Source of the DNA: Actinomycetota bacterium
GTDB taxonomy: Bacteria; Actinomycetota; Actinomycetes; JBMOMH01
Reading direction: 5' to 3'
Length of the DNA stretch: 44,086 nucleotides
Assembly: GCA_049323135.1 (NCBI GenBank)
Contig: JBMOMH010000313.1
Location: forward strand, 1 to 44,086
The notes beneath the pieces were generated by a model, which saw nothing but the letters and a program-made list of their open reading frames with translations, made no database searches and had not been told where the DNA came from. Position numbers and translations under genes: made by a program. Within the stretch, counting starts at the first letter, position 1. The number at the start of each line of letters is the position of its first letter. Below, one piece after another: positions 27,808 to 42,511 of this stretch.

Positions 27808-28286
27808 GTGGCGTCGACCAGCTCCACGGTCACCTCGTCGCCCCGGGGCGTGGTGTAGCGGGCCTTCTCGCCGACGCGCTTGTCGAGCAGGGCCGCACCC
27901 AACGGGGACTGCGGCGAGAAGATCTCCAGGTCGGGAGCGGAGTCCTCCCGGGAGCCGAGCAGGAACGTCATGGTGTCCGACTGTCCGGCGAAGCGCACCG
28001 TGACGACCATGCCGGGCCGGGCCACCCCGGCGTCCGGCGGGGCCTCGCCGACCTTGGCTCGTTCGAGCAGGGCCTGCAGCTGACGGATCCGGGCCTCCTG
28101 CTTGCCCTGCTCCTCCTTGGCGGCGTGGTAGCCGCCGTTCTCCCGCAGGTCCCCCTCCTCCCGGGCCGCCTCGATCTTGGCGACGATCTCGGCGCGCCCA
28201 GGACCGGTGAGGTGGGCGAGTTCGGCCGACAGGCGGTCGTAGGCCTCCTGGGTGAGCCAGGTGGTGGTCTCGGTCGTCTCGGTCAC
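27792..28286 (-). CDS. greA: Transcription elongation factor GreA
   Basis: [41 protein letters not shown] 28286 after GAGGAG. Confidence 0.96.
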   Translation of the reverse strand: MTETTETTTWLTQEAYDRLSAELAHLTGPGRAEIVAKIEAAREEGDLRENGGYHAAKEEQGKQEARIRQLQALLERAKVGEAPPDAGVARPGMVVTVRFAGQSDTMTFLLGSREDSAPDLEIFSPQSPLGAALLDKRVGEKARYTTPRGDEVTVELVDATPYAG

Positions 28287-28564
28287 AGATGTGCTCCTCG
28301 TCGCGGCGGGCCGTGCAGGGACGGCGTCGTCGACGGTTCGTGGTCGATCGGCGGAACTTACAGGATAACCGTTCGCCAGCCCCAGACGCACACGTGCGCT
28401 GGGCGCAGCCGACCGCCGTCGTGACTCCGGCCCCGGACATGAGGTCGTAACGGCGGGCTACCCGGTCGCCCTGCTCTGCGCGCCGCCCACCGGTTCGACG
28501 CTCCGTCCCCTGTGGCCCCTGTGCTCACACCGGCACCACCCTCAGGAGGGAGGATGGCAGTATA

Positions 28565-28602
28565 TGGTAGTAAATGTGGGCTATAGGCCACACTTACTAC
28601 CA
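28565..28602. repeat. Imperfect palindrome (copy 2 of the element at 4044-4085)
   Basis: TGGTAGTAAATGTGGGCTATAGGCCACACTTACTACCA, 34/38 identical to 4046-4083. Confidence 0.9.
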
Positions 28603-28824
28603 CGGACCTCCCTCTCTCTGAAACTACTGTGACAGGATAAGACCTGTTGGGCCCTTGGGGCCCACCGGCTGGAGGGCGGCTGCCGCGGGACGGCGGGCGA
28701 GGGAGAACGGCGGGCGGTGGGGCGCCCCCGCTGTGGTCCGGACCGACCGGGTCGACCCTGGGCGTCACGGGCGCCGCTCGCGGCGGCGACAATGGGGACG
28801 ACACCGACGGTGGGAGAGGACAGG

Positions 28825-29703
28825 GTGACCGAACAGCTGCGTCTGTTGGCCGTACACGCGCACCCCGACGACGAGTCCAGCAAGGGCGCCGCCAGCATGG
28901 CCCGCTACGTCCGGGAGGGGGTCGACGTGCTCGTCGCCACCTGCACGGGTGGGGAGCGCGGCTCGATCCTCAACCCGGCGATGGACCGGCCCGAGGTCCG
29001 GGCGGACCTGCCCGCCGTCCGCCGGGCCGAGATGGCCCGCGCCGCCACCCTCCTCGGCGTCCGGCACACCTGGCTGGGCTTCGTGGACTCCGGCCTGCCG
29101 GAGGGGGACCCGCCCCCGCCGCTGCCCGAGGGCTGCTTCGCTGGGCTGCCCCTGGCCGTGGCGGCCGAGCCGCTGGTGGCGCTGGTCCGCCGGTTCCGCC
29201 CGCACGTGGTCACGACGTACGACGAGAACGGCGGCTACCCGCACCCGGACCACGTGATGTGCCACCGGATCTCCGTGGCCGCGTTCGAGGCCGCCGGGGA
29301 CCCCGACGCCTACCCGGGCACCGGGGACCCCTGGCAGCCCCTGAAGCTCTACTACCACATGACGTTCCACAAGGAGCGGGTCGTCGCCCTTCACCAGGCG
29401 GCCCTCGCCCGAGGCCTGGAGTCGCCGTACGCCGAATGGCTGGCCCGCTGGGTGGACCGGCCCGAGGACGAGGGGCGGGTGACCACCCGGGTGCCCTGCG
29501 CGGAGTACTTCGCGCAGCGGGACGCCGCGCTGCTCGCGCACGCCTCCCAGGTCGACCCCGAGGGCCGCTGGTTCGCGGTGCCGCTGGCGGTCCAGCAGGC
29601 CGCCTGGCCCACCGAGGACTACCAGCTGGCCCGCTCCCTGGTCGACACAACGCTGCCCGAGGACGACCTGTTCGCGGGCGTTCGCGAGGAGGTGCGGGCA
29701 TGA
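28825..29703 (+). CDS. mca: Mycothiol S-conjugate amidase
   Basis: [32 protein letters not shown]. Divergent from greA. Confidence 0.95.
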   Translation: MTEQLRLLAVHAHPDDESSKGAASMARYVREGVDVLVATCTGGERGSILNPAMDRPEVRADLPAVRRAEMARAATLLGVRHTWLGFVDSGLPEGDPPPPLPEGCFAGLPLAVAAEPLVALVRRFRPHVVTTYDENGGYPHPDHVMCHRISVAAFEAAGDPDAYPGTGDPWQPLKLYYHMTFHKERVVALHQAALARGLESPYAEWLARWVDRPEDEGRVTTRVPCAEYFAQRDAALLAHASQVDPEGRWFAVPLAVQQAAWPTEDYQLARSLVDTTLPEDDLFAGVREEVRA

Positions 29704-29930
29704 CGCTCACCACCTCGGCCGTGCTGGCCGGGCCGCTCAACGACCAGACCGTGTCGCCCGGGGTGGTCGGCAGCCTCGTCGTGCTGGTGCTGATCGTGGC
29801 GACCGTGCTGCTGCTGCGCTCCCTGAACCGGCAGCTGAAGAAGGTCCGCTTTCCCGAACCTCCGCCCGGGGAGGGGGGTGACCGTCCCCGGAGGGACCGG
29901 CGTGGTCGTGGGGCTGGCCACCCGCGGTGA
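29700..29930 (+). CDS. Small membrane protein downstream of mca
   Basis: ATGA overlap with mca. VSPGVVG + TM helix + [10 protein letters not shown]. Confidence 0.75.
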   Translation: MTLTTSAVLAGPLNDQTVSPGVVGSLVVLVLIVATVLLLRSLNRQLKKVRFPEPPPGEGGDRPRRDRRGRGAGHPR

Positions 29931-30910
29931 GGGACGACTTCCAGCCCGACGCGGAAGGCCTACGGGCCGCGCTGGAGGAGCTGATCGCCGCCCGGTCGGC
30001 CGCAGGGGTTCCCCATGCCGCCCCCGCCAGCGGCCTGGGGGGTGTCCTCACCGCGTTGTGGGCGACCCTGGACCTGACCGGAGCCCGCACCGTCGTGGCC
30101 TCGGCGGCGGCGCACCTCAGCGTCCGCAAGGCGGCCCACCTGCTGGGTCTGGCGTACCTGGCCGTCGGCGTCGATGACCGGCAGCGGCTCCGTGTGGACC
30201 AGCTACCCGACGACCTGTCCCGGTGTGTGCTCGTGCTGACCGCCGGGACCGTGGCCACGGGAGCCGTCGACCCCCTCGACGTCGGGGACGGCGCCGCCTG
30301 GCGGCACGTTGACGCCGCCTGGGCCGGACCGCTGCGGCTGACCCGCCGCGCTGGGCTGCTGGATGGCATCCAGGCCGCCGATTCGGTGGCCGTGTCCGCG
30401 CACAAGTGGCTCTACCAGCCCAAGGAGAGCGCCCTGGTGCTCTTCGCCGAGCACGACGCCGCGCACGCGGCGCTGACCTTCGAGGGCGGGTACCTGGCGA
30501 CCCCGAACGGCGTAGTGAACTGGCGGCCTGTCGCCGGCCACCCCGACGAGGTGCGCGGGCGGCTCACCGATGCCTGGGTCAGCCTCACCGACATCGAGGG
30601 GGAGCGGTGGTTCCGCTCGGTGGTGGCCAACCCGATCGCCGACCCGCAGTACGTCGGTCGTGGATCGGGTCCTCGCCGCGGTGTGAAATGCCCGTTGCCG
30701 TTGCCGTTGCCGTTGCCGCTGCCGCTGCCTCGCCGACCGGCAGGGGCGGCGGGCCTGGGCGGCGCCGGCCGGCTCAGTGCTGGGGCGGCTCGAGACGGGG
30801 GAGGGGGTCGACGTCAGGGCTTCCCTGGAGGGCGGCGCGGGCCAGGGTGCGAACGACGCCGGCGGCCTCGGCGGCGAGCAGGTCGGCGTCGGTGGCATAG
30901 CCGCGCATGA
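29927..30910 (+). pseudogene. Group II PLP-dependent decarboxylase, apparently internally deleted
   Basis: AHLSVRKAA, TAGTVATGAVD, HVDAAWAG, SAHKWLY present. Decarboxylase-like sequence spans only about 240 aa, and the frame runs on through a microsatellite into the convergent tetR gene. Confidence 0.65.
30692..30727. repeat. Hexamer microsatellite (CCGTTG)4(CCGCTG)2
   Basis: Read directly. Confidence 0.9.
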
Positions 30911-31451
30911 AGCCACTGCGCGGGAGGTAGGCGTAGCCCTGCACGACGGCGATGAGGCTGCTCAGCAGCCGTTCGGCGGCGGCGGGGTGGCCGGTGACGG
31001 TGCGGGCCGGCCACAGCAGCAGGTCGAACACCCGCCGGGTGGCCTCCCGGCGTCGCTCGTCGGGGAAGTCCTGCAGCTCGTCGGCGAAGATCAGCTCGAA
31101 GCCGGGGCCCCCGCTGAGGGCATACCGGACGTAGACCCGAGCGAGCGCCGCCAGCTCCTCGGCCGCCGCGGCGGCCGGGGTCCCGGTCCGGGCGGCGTTC
31201 GTCCTCCGAACCTCCGCGAGGGCGGCCTGCATCTGCTCGGCCAGCCGCTCCGCCGCGGCCGTCGCGGCGGCGGAGAGCAGGGCGGTGCGGCTGGCGAAGT
31301 GCCGGTAGGGGGCGCCGCCGCTCACCCCGGCCCGGCGGGCGGCTGCCGCGACCGACAGGCCGGCCACCCCGTTCTCCGCCACCAGCGCCAGTGCGGCATC
31401 GACCAGGGCCGCGGGCAGGTCGCCATGGTGGTAGGTGGCCCGCCGCCGCAC
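30774..31451 (-). CDS. TetR family regulator
   Basis: YHHGDLPAALVDAA, ARRAGVSGGAPYRHF. Confidence 0.9.
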   Translation of the reverse strand: MRRRATYHHGDLPAALVDAALALVAENGVAGLSVAAAARRAGVSGGAPYRHFASRTALLSAAATAAAERLAEQMQAALAEVRRTNAARTGTPAAAAAEELAALARVYVRYALSGGPGFELIFADELQDFPDERRREATRRVFDLLLWPARTVTGHPAAAERLLSSLIAVVQGYAYLPRSGFMRGYATDADLLAAEAAGVVRTLARAALQGSPDVDPLPRLEPPQH

Positions 31452-31498
31452 CTGCGCTGCCTCCGCTCGATCTCCCCGGGGTGCCCGGTGAACAGGGT

Positions 31499-31533
31499 TT
31501 GACCCGATGTTAGATGTCTCTTACATTAGGGTC
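31499..31533 (+). promoter_or_regulatory. Housekeeping-sigma promoter with overlapping putative TetR operator
   Basis: TTGACC (31499) - 17 bp - TACATT (31522). Inverted repeat ATGTTAGA-TGTC-TCTTACAT (31507-31526) flanked by GACCC/GGGTC. Confidence 0.7.
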
Positions 31534-31646
31534 CAGGCGTTGGCCCGTTGCCCCGCCGTTGTCCCCTCGGCCGGTCACCCAGCCGGACCGGCCTCCGGCG
31601 GGGCCGTGCCCAGAGAGCCACCGATGGAGAAGGGACCTAGGCCACC

Positions 31647-34128
<2,482 letters not shown>

Positions 34129-34199
34129 CGTAACGCTGAACTGCCGGTGACGCCCCCGCGCCGTCGTTCCGACCGGGCCCGTGCGGGAAGGTGGGGGAC

Positions 34200-34325
34200 A
34201 TGGCCAACCGCCTGGCGTCCGCGACGAGCCCGTACCTGTTGCAGCATGCCGGGAACCCGGTGGACTGGTGGGAGTGGGGCGAGGCGGCGTTCGCCGAGGC
34301 CCGCCGCCGCGACGTACCCCTGCTG
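34200..34325 (+). pseudogene. Orphan 5' fragment of the yyaL-like gene (left att repeat)
   Basis: 126 bp with 3 mismatches to 37718-37843. Encodes [23 protein letters not shown]...DVPLL, then diverges. Confidence 0.9.
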
Positions 34326-34346
34326 CTGTTGGACACTGATTCCGCG

Positions 34347-34374
34347 GCTTCGTGTATCACTCTCGTGCATCACT
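34347..34374. repeat. Putative integrase arm-type sites, left end
   Basis: TCGTGTATCACT (34350-34361) and TCGTGCATCACT (34363-34374). Confidence 0.65.
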
Positions 34375-34410
34375 AGGGCCGGGCTGATCCGGCTGATTCC
34401 CGTCGTCAGG

Positions 34411-34797
34411 TCAGCCGATTTCGGAGATCAGCGGCAGGAGTTGAGCCCTCGTCGGACGATCCGGGCCCATCGAGAAGACGGCGTGGCCGTCGCTCGCGAT
34501 GGTGCGTTCGATGCCGTCGAGGCCGGCGAGCAGGTCCGTCTCCAGTCGGGTGACGTCGAGCAGGTAGTCCCGGAGGATCACGACCGACGGAGTGGCGGCG
34601 CGTTGGGAAGCAAGGTACTTCGTGATCCTCTTGTCCGCGGTGAGGAGCACCGCGTCGTTCTGTCGACACCACGTGAAGATGTCCTCATCGAGGCTGCGTT
34701 CCATGCCCAGATCGCTGGTGTGGCGCGCGTCGTGCCAGTCGGCTGCGAGCCGGACGGCGAGTGTCGACGGGAGATTCTGATCGACGAGGAACTTCAC
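34411..34797 (-). CDS. DUF5615 PIN-like toxin (VapC45-like)
   Basis: MKFLVDQNLP, DEDIF, VLLTAD, PSVVILR. GTGA overlap with DUF433. Confidence 0.85.
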   Translation of the reverse strand: MKFLVDQNLPSTLAVRLAADWHDARHTSDLGMERSLDEDIFTWCRQNDAVLLTADKRITKYLASQRAATPSVVILRDYLLDVTRLETDLLAGLDGIERTIASDGHAVFSMGPDRPTRAQLLPLISEIG

Positions 34798-35042
34798 GCG
34801 GTCTGGGCGGTCGGGAGGTAGAAGTCGCGATCCGCCAAGGCCGCCGCGTAGCCGAGAACCTGGCGCACGTCCTCGATCTCGAGGAAGTCAAAGCTCTCGC
34901 GGATCTCGTCGAACGTCTTGCCCGCCGCTAGGAGCTCCAGCAACTGCTGCGCGCTGAACCGGTAGCCGCGGATGCACGGCTGCCCGCCGAGCTTTCCGGG
35001 CTCCACCGTCAGTCGGTCGAAGCCGGGTACGGTGCTGGTCAT
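34794..35042 (-). CDS. DUF433 antitoxin
   Basis: PGKLGGQPCIRGYR, LEIEDVRQVLGYAA. Confidence 0.9.
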   Translation of the reverse strand: MTSTVPGFDRLTVEPGKLGGQPCIRGYRFSAQQLLELLAAGKTFDEIRESFDFLEIEDVRQVLGYAAALADRDFYLPTAQTA

Positions 35043-35083
35043 GGCAAGATTCTACGCGGGATGTCACGCCGACGGCGCTGTGA

Positions 35084-36172
35084 TCAGAGCAGGCCGGCGA
35101 GCAGGTTCGCTCCGGGCAGTAGCGAGCGTGCCGATGGTCCCGCGGACCAAACCGATCGGGTGCGGGTAATCAGGTCGAGGGCCTGGAGTTGGTGGGACGC
35201 GCTGCGGAGCTCGTCTTCCACGTCCCGGGTGGTGATGGGCTTCCCGTCGCGGCTCCACCCGTGGCCGAGCATAGGGTGCACCTCGGCGGCGATCTCGGCG
35301 AGTTTGAGAGGGCCGCGGGCTGCGACCAGTGCGACGGCGCGCTCGGCGGCCATGGTGGAGAACTCGTCGGTGCTGAACCAGGATCGGAGACGACGTACCG
35401 TCTCGCGTTCGTCGGTTGCCGCCTTCGTGGGTCGCAGCACCCCGCCGGAGAGACGGACCAGCCGGACGTGACGCAGCAGGTCGTGGAGGACGGCCAGGGG
35501 GAGCAGGTCCTCCTCGATCGAGGCGAGCCGGCCCAACGGGTGCCAGCCCGGGCGCTCCTCCTGCACGGCGCGGACAACGGCGCGTGGAAGCCGACCGCCC
35601 GGGGTGAGCTTGACCCCGTCGGCGAGAAGGTCCAGCAGGATGCGGACGCTGCCGGGCACGGCGCCGACAGCGTCGCGGACTCGCTGCGTGGTGGCGTCCT
35701 GGTCGAACGGTCGCAGCCGGCCCCCGACCCAGGCGCCCATCGATTGGTGCTCGCGGCGCCCTGGGTCGGCCAGGGCTTCGAGGAGGTCCGCATACCCGCC
35801 GACGCCGCCGCAGTCCTCGGGTGGGCAGGCTCCCTCGCCGCCGACGCAGCCCGGTTGACCGCCCCCGCTGCCCAGCACCTCGACGTCGTGCTCCCAGCCG
35901 TCGCCGAGGTCGTAGGCGTAGAGGAAGCGGGTCGGCAACATGGATAGTCGTACGCCGCGTTCGTCGATCTCGCCCTCACTCCAGTCCTCGAAGGGGACCG
36001 CGTAGACGGCGTCGTCGGTGCGGAACTGATGCAGGTGGGAGTCGGTCCAGCCGATCGCCACCTGTAACACCTCGTGGAGCTCGTCGAGGGTGATCGCGGC
36101 CGGCACGTCGATGACCCGCTCGACCCGCGGCACGACCTCGCGCATCGTGACCCGCAGCCTGACCGTCCTCAC
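35084..36172 (-). CDS. Plasmid pRiA4b ORF-3 family protein with C-terminal extension
   Basis: LDELHEVLQVAIGWTDSHLHQF, YAYDLGDGWEH, ACPPEDCGG. GTG 36172 overlaps the upstream stop. Confidence 0.85.
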   Translation of the reverse strand: MRTVRLRVTMREVVPRVERVIDVPAAITLDELHEVLQVAIGWTDSHLHQFRTDDAVYAVPFEDWSEGEIDERGVRLSMLPTRFLYAYDLGDGWEHDVEVLGSGGGQPGCVGGEGACPPEDCGGVGGYADLLEALADPGRREHQSMGAWVGGRLRPFDQDATTQRVRDAVGAVPGSVRILLDLLADGVKLTPGGRLPRAVVRAVQEERPGWHPLGRLASIEEDLLPLAVLHDLLRHVRLVRLSGGVLRPTKAATDERETVRRLRSWFSTDEFSTMAAERAVALVAARGPLKLAEIAAEVHPMLGHGWSRDGKPITTRDVEDELRSASHQLQALDLITRTRSVWSAGPSARSLLPGANLLAGLL

Positions 36173-36978
36173 CGCGGGGACTCCTCCGCGCCGGGCGCCC
36201 CGCAGCACTTCGTGTACTTGCGGCCCGACCCGCACCAACACGGGTCGTTGCGGCCCGGGGGCCAGGCAATCTTCCGCGATGGGTCCCGCGCCACGTCGGC
36301 CGCGTATTGGGCCCGCAGCTGCGAGGGGTCTGGCTCGTCTGGGGCGTTGCCTGCGCGCAGCTTGCCTTCCATGCGTCGGCAGTAGACGACGTGGCTGACC
36401 GGTTCGCCCTCCTCGTCATGCAGCAGCGGGCTGTCGCTGAGGTCCGGCCAACGTCGCGGCCAGTCGGCATACTCGTCGGCGGGCAGCCAGGCCAGCGCGA
36501 CCGGCATCAGCGGGGCAGGCTCACGCGCGATGCTGACCTCTCGGTCGATAGGCGTGCTGGTCTTCAGGCTGATCGGCGACTCCCATCGACCGGGAACGGT
36601 GAGAGTCGGAACCGCGGCCTGGAGCTCGTCCGGCTCGCGTCCGAGCTTGGCGAGCGATGCTGCGCGCACGGTCGCCTCCGCCAGCCGGCCGTGCCGGGTC
36701 AGGATCTCGGCTCGGCGGCATCGAGAATCTGGCTCACTCCGGTATCCGTGCTCGGCGAGCGCGTCGGCGTGCCGCAGCGCATCCTCAACCCGGCCGAGCC
36801 GGTCGTAGGCGTCGGCCAGCTCGCTGTGCAGTTCGAGTACGTCGAGGTGTGCCGCCGCGTCGGGGTCGTCGTCACATACGGCGATCGCGCGTTCCAGGAC
36901 CTCGACGTATGCCCCAGCCGGGCCACGACTGGCCCTGCGAATCTCCCGGTCGAGTCGATTCAGATCCGCGGTTCGCAC
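36169..36978 (-). CDS. TPR-like protein with a C-terminal SEC-C motif
   Basis: WPPGRNDPCWCGSGRKYTKCCG, and TPR-like LADAYDRLGRVEDAL. Confidence 0.8.
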   Translation of the reverse strand: MRTADLNRLDREIRRASRGPAGAYVEVLERAIAVCDDDPDAAAHLDVLELHSELADAYDRLGRVEDALRHADALAEHGYRSEPDSRCRRAEILTRHGRLAEATVRAASLAKLGREPDELQAAVPTLTVPGRWESPISLKTSTPIDREVSIAREPAPLMPVALAWLPADEYADWPRRWPDLSDSPLLHDEEGEPVSHVVYCRRMEGKLRAGNAPDEPDPSQLRAQYAADVARDPSRKIAWPPGRNDPCWCGSGRKYTKCCGAPGAEESPR

Positions 36979-36985
36979 CGCGACA

Positions 36986-37309
36986 TCATGACCCAGCCGG
37001 GGTCGCCGGCAGGATCGGGGTTGCCTCGTTCATGCGGAGCGGGGCCGTCGCTTGGGCTGGGGAGCGGGTGGTGACGCAGGTCGGCTCGCGTTCAGGCGCG
37101 ACGAAGGCTTCCAAAGCCGCCTCGGCCAACGCCATGCGCTTCTCCTCCCCTGCCAGGAGCTGGTCGACACGCCAGCGGTCGGGGTAGCTCATCACCGGCG
37201 GCGGTACCAGCTCACGGCCCTTGAGGTGCTGGTAGCCCTTCCTCCTGCCCCAGCTGTAGCGAGTCATCACCTCTCTCGCGCTGAGGAACACGTGGCGCGG
37301 GTCATCCAT
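36986..37309 (-). CDS. AlpA/excisionase-like winged-helix protein
   Basis: [19 protein letters not shown]...VPPPV...RWRVDQLLA follows the AlpA/Xis pattern. Confidence 0.6.
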   Translation of the reverse strand: MDDPRHVFLSAREVMTRYSWGRRKGYQHLKGRELVPPPVMSYPDRWRVDQLLAGEEKRMALAEAALEAFVAPEREPTCVTTRSPAQATAPLRMNEATPILPATPAGS

Positions 37310-37314
37310 CGTTC

Positions 37315-37601
37315 TCACACCGCCTGGGGCCGACCGATGACGGGTCGGGCGGCAAGGCGCTGCGTGTCCAGCGCGGACTCGGCCTGGGCGCACATCTTGC
37401 GGGCCCTCCTCCACGGAGCTGGCCCGCAGGAGCACTCGCTTCCCCGGCTCGCCGTCGCCGGCCGGCGCGCGGAACATCACCTGCGTACTTGGTGCCGCCG
37501 TCCTCGGGCGCATAGAGCCGCACCCACCACGGCCGCGCCCTGCCGCCCAGGGTCCGCGGCTTGCCCTGCGCGAGCAGCATGGGCTTCCTGCGAGGCGGCA
37601 A
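37315..37601 (-). pseudogene. Frameshifted remnant of a probable integrase N-terminus
   Basis: TTG start after AGGAG. Removing two single extra G bases gives ...[54 protein letters not shown]. It lies next to the right att, and no catalytic domain remains. Confidence 0.5.
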
Positions 37602-37657
37602 CCGGCGTACTCCTAGGCTGGGCAGGTGGGAGTCACGCCAGACTCCCGCGAAGATCT

Positions 37658-37672
37658 GCTTCGTGTATCACT
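37658..37672. repeat. Putative integrase arm-type site, right end
   Basis: GCTTCGTGTATCACT, identical to 34347-34361. Confidence 0.65.
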
Positions 37673-37717
37673 GACCAAGATATTGGGTACACGTGCCACT
37701 CGTCAGGAGTCAAAGGA

Positions 37718-39754
<2,037 letters not shown>

Positions 39755-39798
39755 GCCTGTTCACCGTGCGCCCAGGGCGAACAGGGCTTCCGCCTGCG

Positions 39799-39814
39799 GT
39801 GTAACTGTGTAATC
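39799..39814 (+). promoter_or_regulatory. GTGTAA direct repeat just before the next gene, possible operator
   Basis: GTGTAACT GTGTAATC ending 10 nt upstream of ATG 39825. Confidence 0.35.
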
Positions 39815-39824
39815 GTCTCTCTCC

Positions 39825-40385
39825 ATGAGAGAGCACACGACTGGGCAGGAGTTTCTGGAGCAGGTGCGGGGCTGGCTCACCGGCCGGCTGCCGCAGGACT
39901 GGTTCGACGGCGTCCCCGAGGTGACCGTCGACCGGGAGGAGATCACCGTGGTCGGGCGGCTGGCCCCCCCGGACACCGGTCCGGGCGCCAGCCCGGCCGA
40001 GCGGGCGGCCGCCGTCGCCGGCCGGGTCAAGGAGTTCCGGGAGCGCACCCGGGACCAGCGGATCGGGATCGCCCGGGAGCTGGAGCACCGCACCGGGCGC
40101 AAGGTCGCCTGGGGGGTGGTGTGCGGGGAGCACCGCCAGCTGTTCACCACGCTGTCCGTGCCGGTGATGACCCGGCTGCGGCAGGCCGACCGGTTGGTCC
40201 TCGACACCCTCGTCGAGTCCGGCGTGGCCCGCACCCGCAGCGAGGCGCTGGCCTGGTGTGTCCGGCTGGTCGGCCAGCACGCGGAGTCCTGGCTCGAGCA
40301 GCTGCGTACTGCCCTGGAGGAGGTGGCGCGGGTCCGCGCGGCCGGGCCGGGCACCGGCACGGAACAGGGCGGTTCGGCTGGGTGA
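39825..40385 (+). CDS. Conserved hypothetical protein with an RHH-like C-terminus
   Basis: PVMTRLRQADRLVLDTLVESGVARTRSEALAWCV resembles a ribbon-helix-helix motif. Confidence 0.75.
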   Translation: MREHTTGQEFLEQVRGWLTGRLPQDWFDGVPEVTVDREEITVVGRLAPPDTGPGASPAERAAAVAGRVKEFRERTRDQRIGIARELEHRTGRKVAWGVVCGEHRQLFTTLSVPVMTRLRQADRLVLDTLVESGVARTRSEALAWCVRLVGQHAESWLEQLRTALEEVARVRAAGPGTGTEQGGSAG

Positions 40386-40559
40386 GCCAACAAATTCCTC
40401 GGTCCGCGGGGGCTCCGGCCGCAGGGCTTCCTGATCGCCCCCCGGCCGGGCGGCGTACGATGCCTGCCCATCGGCCCGCCCAACGGCCCGCCCGACGGTC
40501 CGCCCCTGGCCGGCCTGACGGCGACCCGGCGACCCGGACGACGCGGTCCGGACGGAGGA

Positions 40560-42383
40560 GTGACCGTGGCTTACGACGTACCCGGCCTGCACCCTGCCCC
40601 GACCGCCCACCAGGCCCTGCTCGACTGGGTCGGCCAGGTCGCCGCGCTGGCCCAGCCCGACGCGGTGCAGTGGTGTGACGGCTCCGACGAGGAGTGGGAG
40701 CGGCTCACCTCCCAGCTGGTGGCGCGCGGCACCCTGCAGCGCCTGGATCCCACCCGGCGGCCGAACAGCTTCTACGCCGCCTCCGACCCCAGCGACGTGG
40801 CTCGGGTGGAGGACCGCACCTTCATCTGTTCCGAGCGGGCCGAGGACGCCGGGCCGACCAACCACTGGATCGACCCGCAGGAGATGCGCGCCACCTTCAA
40901 GGAGCTCTTCGCCGGCTGCATGCGGGGCCGGACGATGTACGTGGTGCCGTTCTGCATGGGCCCCCTCGGCTCGCCACTGTCCGCGCTCGGCGTCGAGATC
41001 ACCGACTCGGCGTACGTCGTGGTGTCGATGCGGGTGATGACGCGGATGGGCCAGGGCGTGCTGGACCGGCTGGGCGAGGACGGCTTCTTCGTCAAGGCGG
41101 TGCACTCCGTCGGGGCGCCCCTGGAGCCCGGGCAGGCCGACGTGCCGTGGCCGTGCAACCCGACGAAGTACATCAGCCACTTCCCCGAGACCCGGGAGAT
41201 CTGGTCGTACGGCTCCGGCTACGGGGGCAACGCGCTGCTGGGCAAGAAGTGCTACGCGCTGCGGATCGCCTCGGTGATGGCCCGCGACGAGGGCTGGCTC
41301 GCCGAGCACATGCTCATCCTCAAGCTCACCCCGCCGTCCGGGGAGCTGCGCTACCTGGCCGCCGCTTTCCCCTCCGCGTGCGGGAAGACCAACCTGGCCA
41401 TGCTCGTGCCCACGCTGCCCGGCTGGACCGTGGAGACCGTCGGCGACGACATCGCCTGGATGCGCTTTGGGGACGACGGCCGCCTGTACGCCATCAACCC
41501 GGAGGCCGGCTTCTTCGGCGTCGCCCCCGGCACCGGCGAGCTGACCAACCCCAACGCCATCCGCACCCTGTGGGGCAACACCATCTTCACCAACGTCGCC
41601 CGCACCGACGACGGGGACGTGTGGTGGGAGGGTCTGACCGACACCCCGCCGGACCATCTCATCGACTGGCGGGGCCGGGACTGGACCCCGGCCTCGGGCG
41701 AGCCGGCGGCGCACCCCAACGCCCGGTTCTGCGTGCCCGCCGCGCAGTGCCCCACCATTGCCCCGGAGTGGGAGGACCCGCGCGGGGTGCCCATCTCGGC
41801 GATCCTCTTCGGCGGGCGCCGGGCCACCGCGGTCCCGCTGGTCACCGAGTCGTACTCCTGGCAGCACGGGGTGTTCCTCGGCGCCACGGTCTCCTCGGAG
41901 ACCACCGCGGCCGCGGCCGGGGCGATCGGGCAGCTGCGCCGGGACCCCTTCGCCATGCTGCCGTTCTGCGGCTACCACATGGGGGACTACTTCGCCCACT
42001 GGCTGTCCCTGGCCCAGGCCACCGACCCGGCGAAGCTACCCCGGCTGTACCACGTCAACTGGTTCCGCAAGGGTGCCGACGGGCGCTTCCTGTGGCCCGG
42101 CTACGGGGAGAACAGCCGGGTGCTGGCCTGGATCGTCGGCCGGCTGGAGGGCCGGGCGCCGGCCGTGGACACCCCGATCGGCCGGGTGCCGACCCGGGAC
42201 GGGCTGGACGCCACCGGGCTGGACCTCGACGACGCCGCCTGGGCGCAGCTGCTCGAGGTCGACCGGGACACCTGGCGGCAGGAGGCCGCGCTGCTCCCGG
42301 AGCACCTCGAGCGGTTCGGGGACCGGCTCCCCCGCGCCCTGTGGGAGGAGTACCACGCCCTGTGCGCCCGCCTCGACGCCTGA
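40560..42383 (+). CDS. pckG: GTP-dependent phosphoenolpyruvate carboxykinase
   Basis: [49 protein letters not shown]. Confidence 0.96.
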   Translation: MTVAYDVPGLHPAPTAHQALLDWVGQVAALAQPDAVQWCDGSDEEWERLTSQLVARGTLQRLDPTRRPNSFYAASDPSDVARVEDRTFICSERAEDAGPTNHWIDPQEMRATFKELFAGCMRGRTMYVVPFCMGPLGSPLSALGVEITDSAYVVVSMRVMTRMGQGVLDRLGEDGFFVKAVHSVGAPLEPGQADVPWPCNPTKYISHFPETREIWSYGSGYGGNALLGKKCYALRIASVMARDEGWLAEHMLILKLTPPSGELRYLAAAFPSACGKTNLAMLVPTLPGWTVETVGDDIAWMRFGDDGRLYAINPEAGFFGVAPGTGELTNPNAIRTLWGNTIFTNVARTDDGDVWWEGLTDTPPDHLIDWRGRDWTPASGEPAAHPNARFCVPAAQCPTIAPEWEDPRGVPISAILFGGRRATAVPLVTESYSWQHGVFLGATVSSETTAAAAGAIGQLRRDPFAMLPFCGYHMGDYFAHWLSLAQATDPAKLPRLYHVNWFRKGADGRFLWPGYGENSRVLAWIVGRLEGRAPAVDTPIGRVPTRDGLDATGLDLDDAAWAQLLEVDRDTWRQEAALLPEHLERFGDRLPRALWEEYHALCARLDA

Positions 42384-42511
42384 CCCCCCCTCGTACCCTC
42401 TCGTATTCTCGTAGCGATCATGCGGCTCTGAAGCCGGTCCCGCCGGGCGCTCGGCGGGGGCGGCGGTAGCCTGCCGGGGGGCGGCCAGGGCCGGCCCGCG
42501 GAGGAGGTGCG

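Noticed and set aside
39756-39787. Hairpin after the yyaL-like gene as a terminator
   Set aside because: The stem has several mismatches and no U-tract; possible but too weak to call.
42388-42413. CTCGTA repeated three times after pckG
   Set aside because: Short, irregularly spaced and not seen elsewhere, so no function can be supported.
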